A stretch of 50,640 bases of DNA, the filler included, from Dirinaria sp. TL-2023a (lineage: Eukaryota), in the NCBI GenBank assembly GCA_051941275.1. It is 3 parts of 3 records of this genome, joined end to end, with 100 filler letters (N's around TTAATTAATTAA, not from the genome) between each part and the next. Parts side by side here need not be neighbours in the genome. Positions count along the whole stretch, not along the records: positions 33,884 to 50,640 come from JAVEBF010000473.1; 2 more parts are not named here. The stretch is one strand, 5' to 3'. Under the pieces are notes generated by a model, which did no database searches, was not told the DNA's origin, and worked only from the letters and a program-made list of their open reading frames with translations. How positions within the stretch are numbered: the first letter of the stretch is position 1; every line of letters starts with the position of its first letter. Positions 46,901 to 50,640 of this stretch are shown one piece after another. Made by a program: the position numbers and the translations under genes.

Positions 46901-49863
46901 TGACACCCGCATCAAAGCAGCAGCAGCAGGCGCAGTAGTGGCATTCCGTGATATTCCCAAGAAGCCATCTTCACTGATCAAGAGCCTCATGGATAGTGTC
47001 AAGCTTGAAGAAAACATCGAATTGCAGAAGCGCTCTGCAGCTTCTATAGCATCCCTTTCAGACTATTATACTAATGCCGAGAAACGTGGGCCCGCAGATA
47101 AGGTCATGACCAATCTGATGAAGTTCTATTGTACGGATTCATCTGAAACACCAGATTTCCATTTGAATGCGTCGCACAAGGAGTCCATTATGTCGCTCCG
47201 AAAAGAAGAGGATCGTAAAGACTATGCAGAGACCGCTGCTTACGAACACGACGCAAGAGCCGCCAGAACGACACGCAGAGGGGCAAAGGAAGCTCTTGAC
47301 CAGCTTACACAAATGTTTGGCGCAGAACTATTTCTGAAAGCTCCCGTCTTGAAAACCCACATCGAAAGACCGCTACATGAGGCTTTCGACCAAGACCTAC
47401 CGCCGGGAGTCGACGATGAAACCAGCAGCCTCGGTCAAGATGTCGTGGACGGCTTATCAATCTTACGAGCACTTGCGCCGAAAGTTCACGAGACGCTCCA
47501 TGCATGGCTTGCTGGACTAATGCCCATAATAGTCAAAGCTCTGCGCTGTAAGCTTTCTATCTTTCGCTATGCTGCCGCCAAGTGCTTCGCCACCATTTGT
47601 AGCGTCCTCAGGATTCAAGGAATGACCCTACTCGTTGAGGACGTGTTGCCTTTCAGCAGCGCAATAGATGCGCAGAGCCGACAAGGTTGTATAGAGCTGA
47701 TTTACCATTTGATACAGGTCATGGAAGATGGCATCCTACCTTATGTCATATTCCTGATCGTACCTGTACTCGGTCGCATGAGCGATACAGATAACGATGT
47801 TCGGCTCCTGGCAACGACGACATTCGCTACTTTGGTCAAGCTCGTGCCTCTGGAAGCTGGTATCCCAGATCCACCAGGCTTCCCTCAGAAACTGCTCGAG
47901 GGCCGAGATCGAGAGCGCAAGTTCATCTCGCAGATGCTTGACTTCCGTAAGGTAGAGCCGTTTCAGCTGCCTGTCGCTATCAAAGCTGAGTTGAGATCCT
48001 ATCAACAAGAAGGGGTCAATTGGCTTGCCTTTCTCAACCGATATCACCTTCACGGCATACTCTGTGATGACATGGGGCTCGGCAAGACTTTACAGACGTT
48101 GTGTATAGTTGCAAGCGACCATCACATGCGCGCTGAGGATTTCGAAAAGACTCAATCCCCAGACTCTCGGCGGCTGCCATCGCTCATTGTATGCCCACCT
48201 ACCCTTGCTGGGCATTGGCAGCAGGAGATTGCTACCTATGCCCCGTTCCTAACCTGCTTGCCTTACGTCGGACCACCAGCAGATAGGGCGAGATTGAGAG
48301 ACAGACTAGGTACCACGGACGTTGTGATTACCTCGTACGAAGTCTGCAGGAACGATATCGAAACTCTACAGCCACTCAGCTGGAATTACTGCGTTCTCGA
48401 TGAGGGCCACCTAATCAGAAACCCAAGAGCTAAGACTACCATAGCTGTCAAGCGGCTTGTAAGCAATCATCGCCTCATCCTTTCTGGCACGCCTATACAG
48501 AACAATGTACTCGAGCTTTGGTCACTTTTCGATTTCCTCATGCCGGGCTTCCTCGGCACTGAAAAAGTGTTTCTCGATAGGTTTGCGAAGCCAATTGCCG
48601 CGAGTCGGTATGGTAAGTCGTCGTCGAAAGAGCAGGAAGCTGGTGCGCTTGCCGTCGAAGCTTTGCACAAGCAAGTTCTGCCGTTCTTACTACGCCGATT
48701 AAAGGAGGAAGTGCTGAACGATCTACCCCCCAAGATTCTGCAGAACTATTATTGTGATCTCAGTGACTTACAGAAAAAGCTTTTCGACGATTTCACCAAG
48801 TCGGAGCGGAAAACTTTAGCAAATAAAGTAGGCAGCGACGACAAAGACGACAAGAAGCATATCTTCCAAGCCCTTCAGTACATGCGGAAGCTCTGCAACT
48901 CACCCTCTCTAGTCGTCAAAGAAGGCCACAAGCAATATGGCCCAATTCAACAGCAACTTGCGCGACAAGGCTCAAGCCTGAAAGATATCGTACACGCTCC
49001 TAAAATGACTGCTCTGCGCGACCTCCTCCTAGACTGTGGCATTGGCGTCGAATCCTCGGGCAGTGGCGAGCTTGCTGCAGCCACAGAGTCTGTGAGTCAG
49101 CATCGTGCGCTCATTTTCTGCCAGATGAAGGAGATGCTCGACATTGTGCAGAACGATGTCCTGCGCAAATTACTTCCCTCAGTCCAATCTCTGCGGCTCG
49201 ATGGCAGCGTGGAAGCAACGAAGCGGCAGAACATCGTCAATCAGTTTAACACCGATCCTAGCTACGACGTCTTGTTACTCACGACAAGTGTGGGAGGTTT
49301 AGGCCTCAATCTGACCGGAGCCGACACGGTGATCTTTGTGGAACATGACTGGAACCCCCAGAAAGACATACAAGCCATGGACCGCGCCCATCGTATCGGT
49401 CAGAAGAAGGTCGTCAACGTTTACCGACTGATCACGCGAGGCACCTTGGAGGAGAAAATCCTGAAGTGAGTTCCTTTTCTCCCCTTCTACTCTCACCACC
49501 CCAATCAAATCCCCCACTTGACCTACCTAACACCACCACAGCCTCCAACGCTTCAAAATCGACGTCGCCTCCACCGTCGTCAACCAGCAGAACGCGGGCC
49601 TCGCAACCATGGAAACGGACCAGATCCTCGACCTGTTCAACCTCGGCGAGAGCGCGGACAGCGTCGAGAAAGGCGTCGGCAGCGATCTCGACGGCACCAC
49701 CACTCACGCGCGCGGCCGAGAGGAGGATCACCTCGATGTCACGGGCGAGGTGAAAGAGAAGGGGAAGAAGGGCTGGCTGGACGATATCGGCGAATTGTGG
49801 GACGAGGGCCAGTACGAGGAGGAATATAACCTTGATGGCTTCCTGGGGAGGATGAAGGCTTGA
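43910..49863 (+). CDS. MOT1: TBP-associated Snf2-family ATPase Mot1/BTAF1, 4 exons
   Basis: MTSR|LDRLVK|LLETGSTPLIRNTAAQQL, HEAT repeats, LCDDMGLGKT, DEGH, SGTPIQNN, QAMDRAHRIGQ, LWDEGQYEEEYNL. Introns 43921-44016, 44035-44092 and 49466-49541. Confidence 0.97.
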
Positions 49864-50227
49864 CCTTTCTTTTTCTCCCCCTTTCCATTTGGCATTTGAG
49901 AAAAGCGAACGCATCTTGATTCCATAGCTTCCCTACCTGCCTACCTACCTACCCACCCACCCCTGTGTAATTATTTTCCAGCGTGCCAGCGAGCGTGTTT
50001 CGAGCGGTTACTTAGAATTTCATGTCCCTTTCATTCCATACAGCGGTCTATCTATCTATCTGTTCTATTTGTCTCTCTAGAGGTAGGGAGGAAGGGAGGG
50101 AGGGATACGAAAACATGAAATGGCTTTTTTTTCTGCTTTTTCTTCGATGAAGACCAGCGAGCAAAGCGGGTGTTTTTTCTATGTATCGATCATGGATAAG
50201 CATTGCATCCAGCACAGCGGTGATTTA

Positions 50228-50229
<2 letters not shown>

Positions 50230-50263
<34 letters not shown>
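50230..50263. repeat. (AG)n microsatellite
   Basis: Direct reading of the sequence. Confidence 0.95.
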
Positions 50264-50264
<1 letters not shown>

Positions 50265-50640
50265 CATAAGTACATAAAACATGGAAATCATGAACCGTAT
50301 GCATTCATGGTAAAAAATCAATTCAAGGTGTTTTGAGATAAACCCTGGGGTACGAGGACCTACTCCATCCAGGCTCGCACAGCAAAGCAAAGTATACATG
50401 TGTATAAACAGGTAAGTACCCACCCAGCGTCTCGAGAAACGAGAAACGAGGGTCTTCTTCCCATCTACTTCCTTCCTTTACATTGTGATACTGCAGAAAA
50501 TTTTTCGTCGGTTTGAGGAACAAATTGAATTGATTGATTTATGGAACAACAAGCATGTAAGCTAGCACGCAATACAGAACTCGAGAAGAAAAAAAAAAAA
50601 AGAGGGATTTTTTCTGATCTTCCCATTCACTGCCCCTATT

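Overview
Gene-dense genomic DNA from a filamentous ascomycete (Pezizomycotina; short GT-AG introns with CTRAC/CTAAY branch points). The window is three sequence blocks joined by two identical artificial 100-bp spacers (44 N + TTAATTAATTAA + 44 N), so adjacency across the gaps is unverified. Most genes are conserved housekeeping genes: TRM8 (partial), VPS25, a multi-BRCT Brc1/Rtt107 homolog, mitochondrial prolyl-tRNA synthetase, APE2, MRPL25, PRP28, POL31, NUT2/MED10, an Ark1/Prk1 kinase and MOT1. Accessory-looking content includes an alpha/beta hydrolase, an SDR-like oxidoreductase, a tandem pair of Cys-rich cell-surface protein genes, an apparently intact NLR-type gene (helical N-terminus, NACHT, ankyrins), a DUF7918-like gene and two orphan ORFs next to the gaps. 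The most notable sequence-level observations are a TA-flanked 26-bp inverted repeat (candidate miniature transposon or hairpin RNA), two GC-AG introns needed to restore the expected protein sequence, an abrupt GC3 jump in the last APE2 exon, and recurrent C-rich to G-rich skew switches. I cannot demonstrate a new biological system from sequence alone; the best candidates are the Cys-rich surface gene pair and the NLR. All family assignments come from motif recognition, not database searches.
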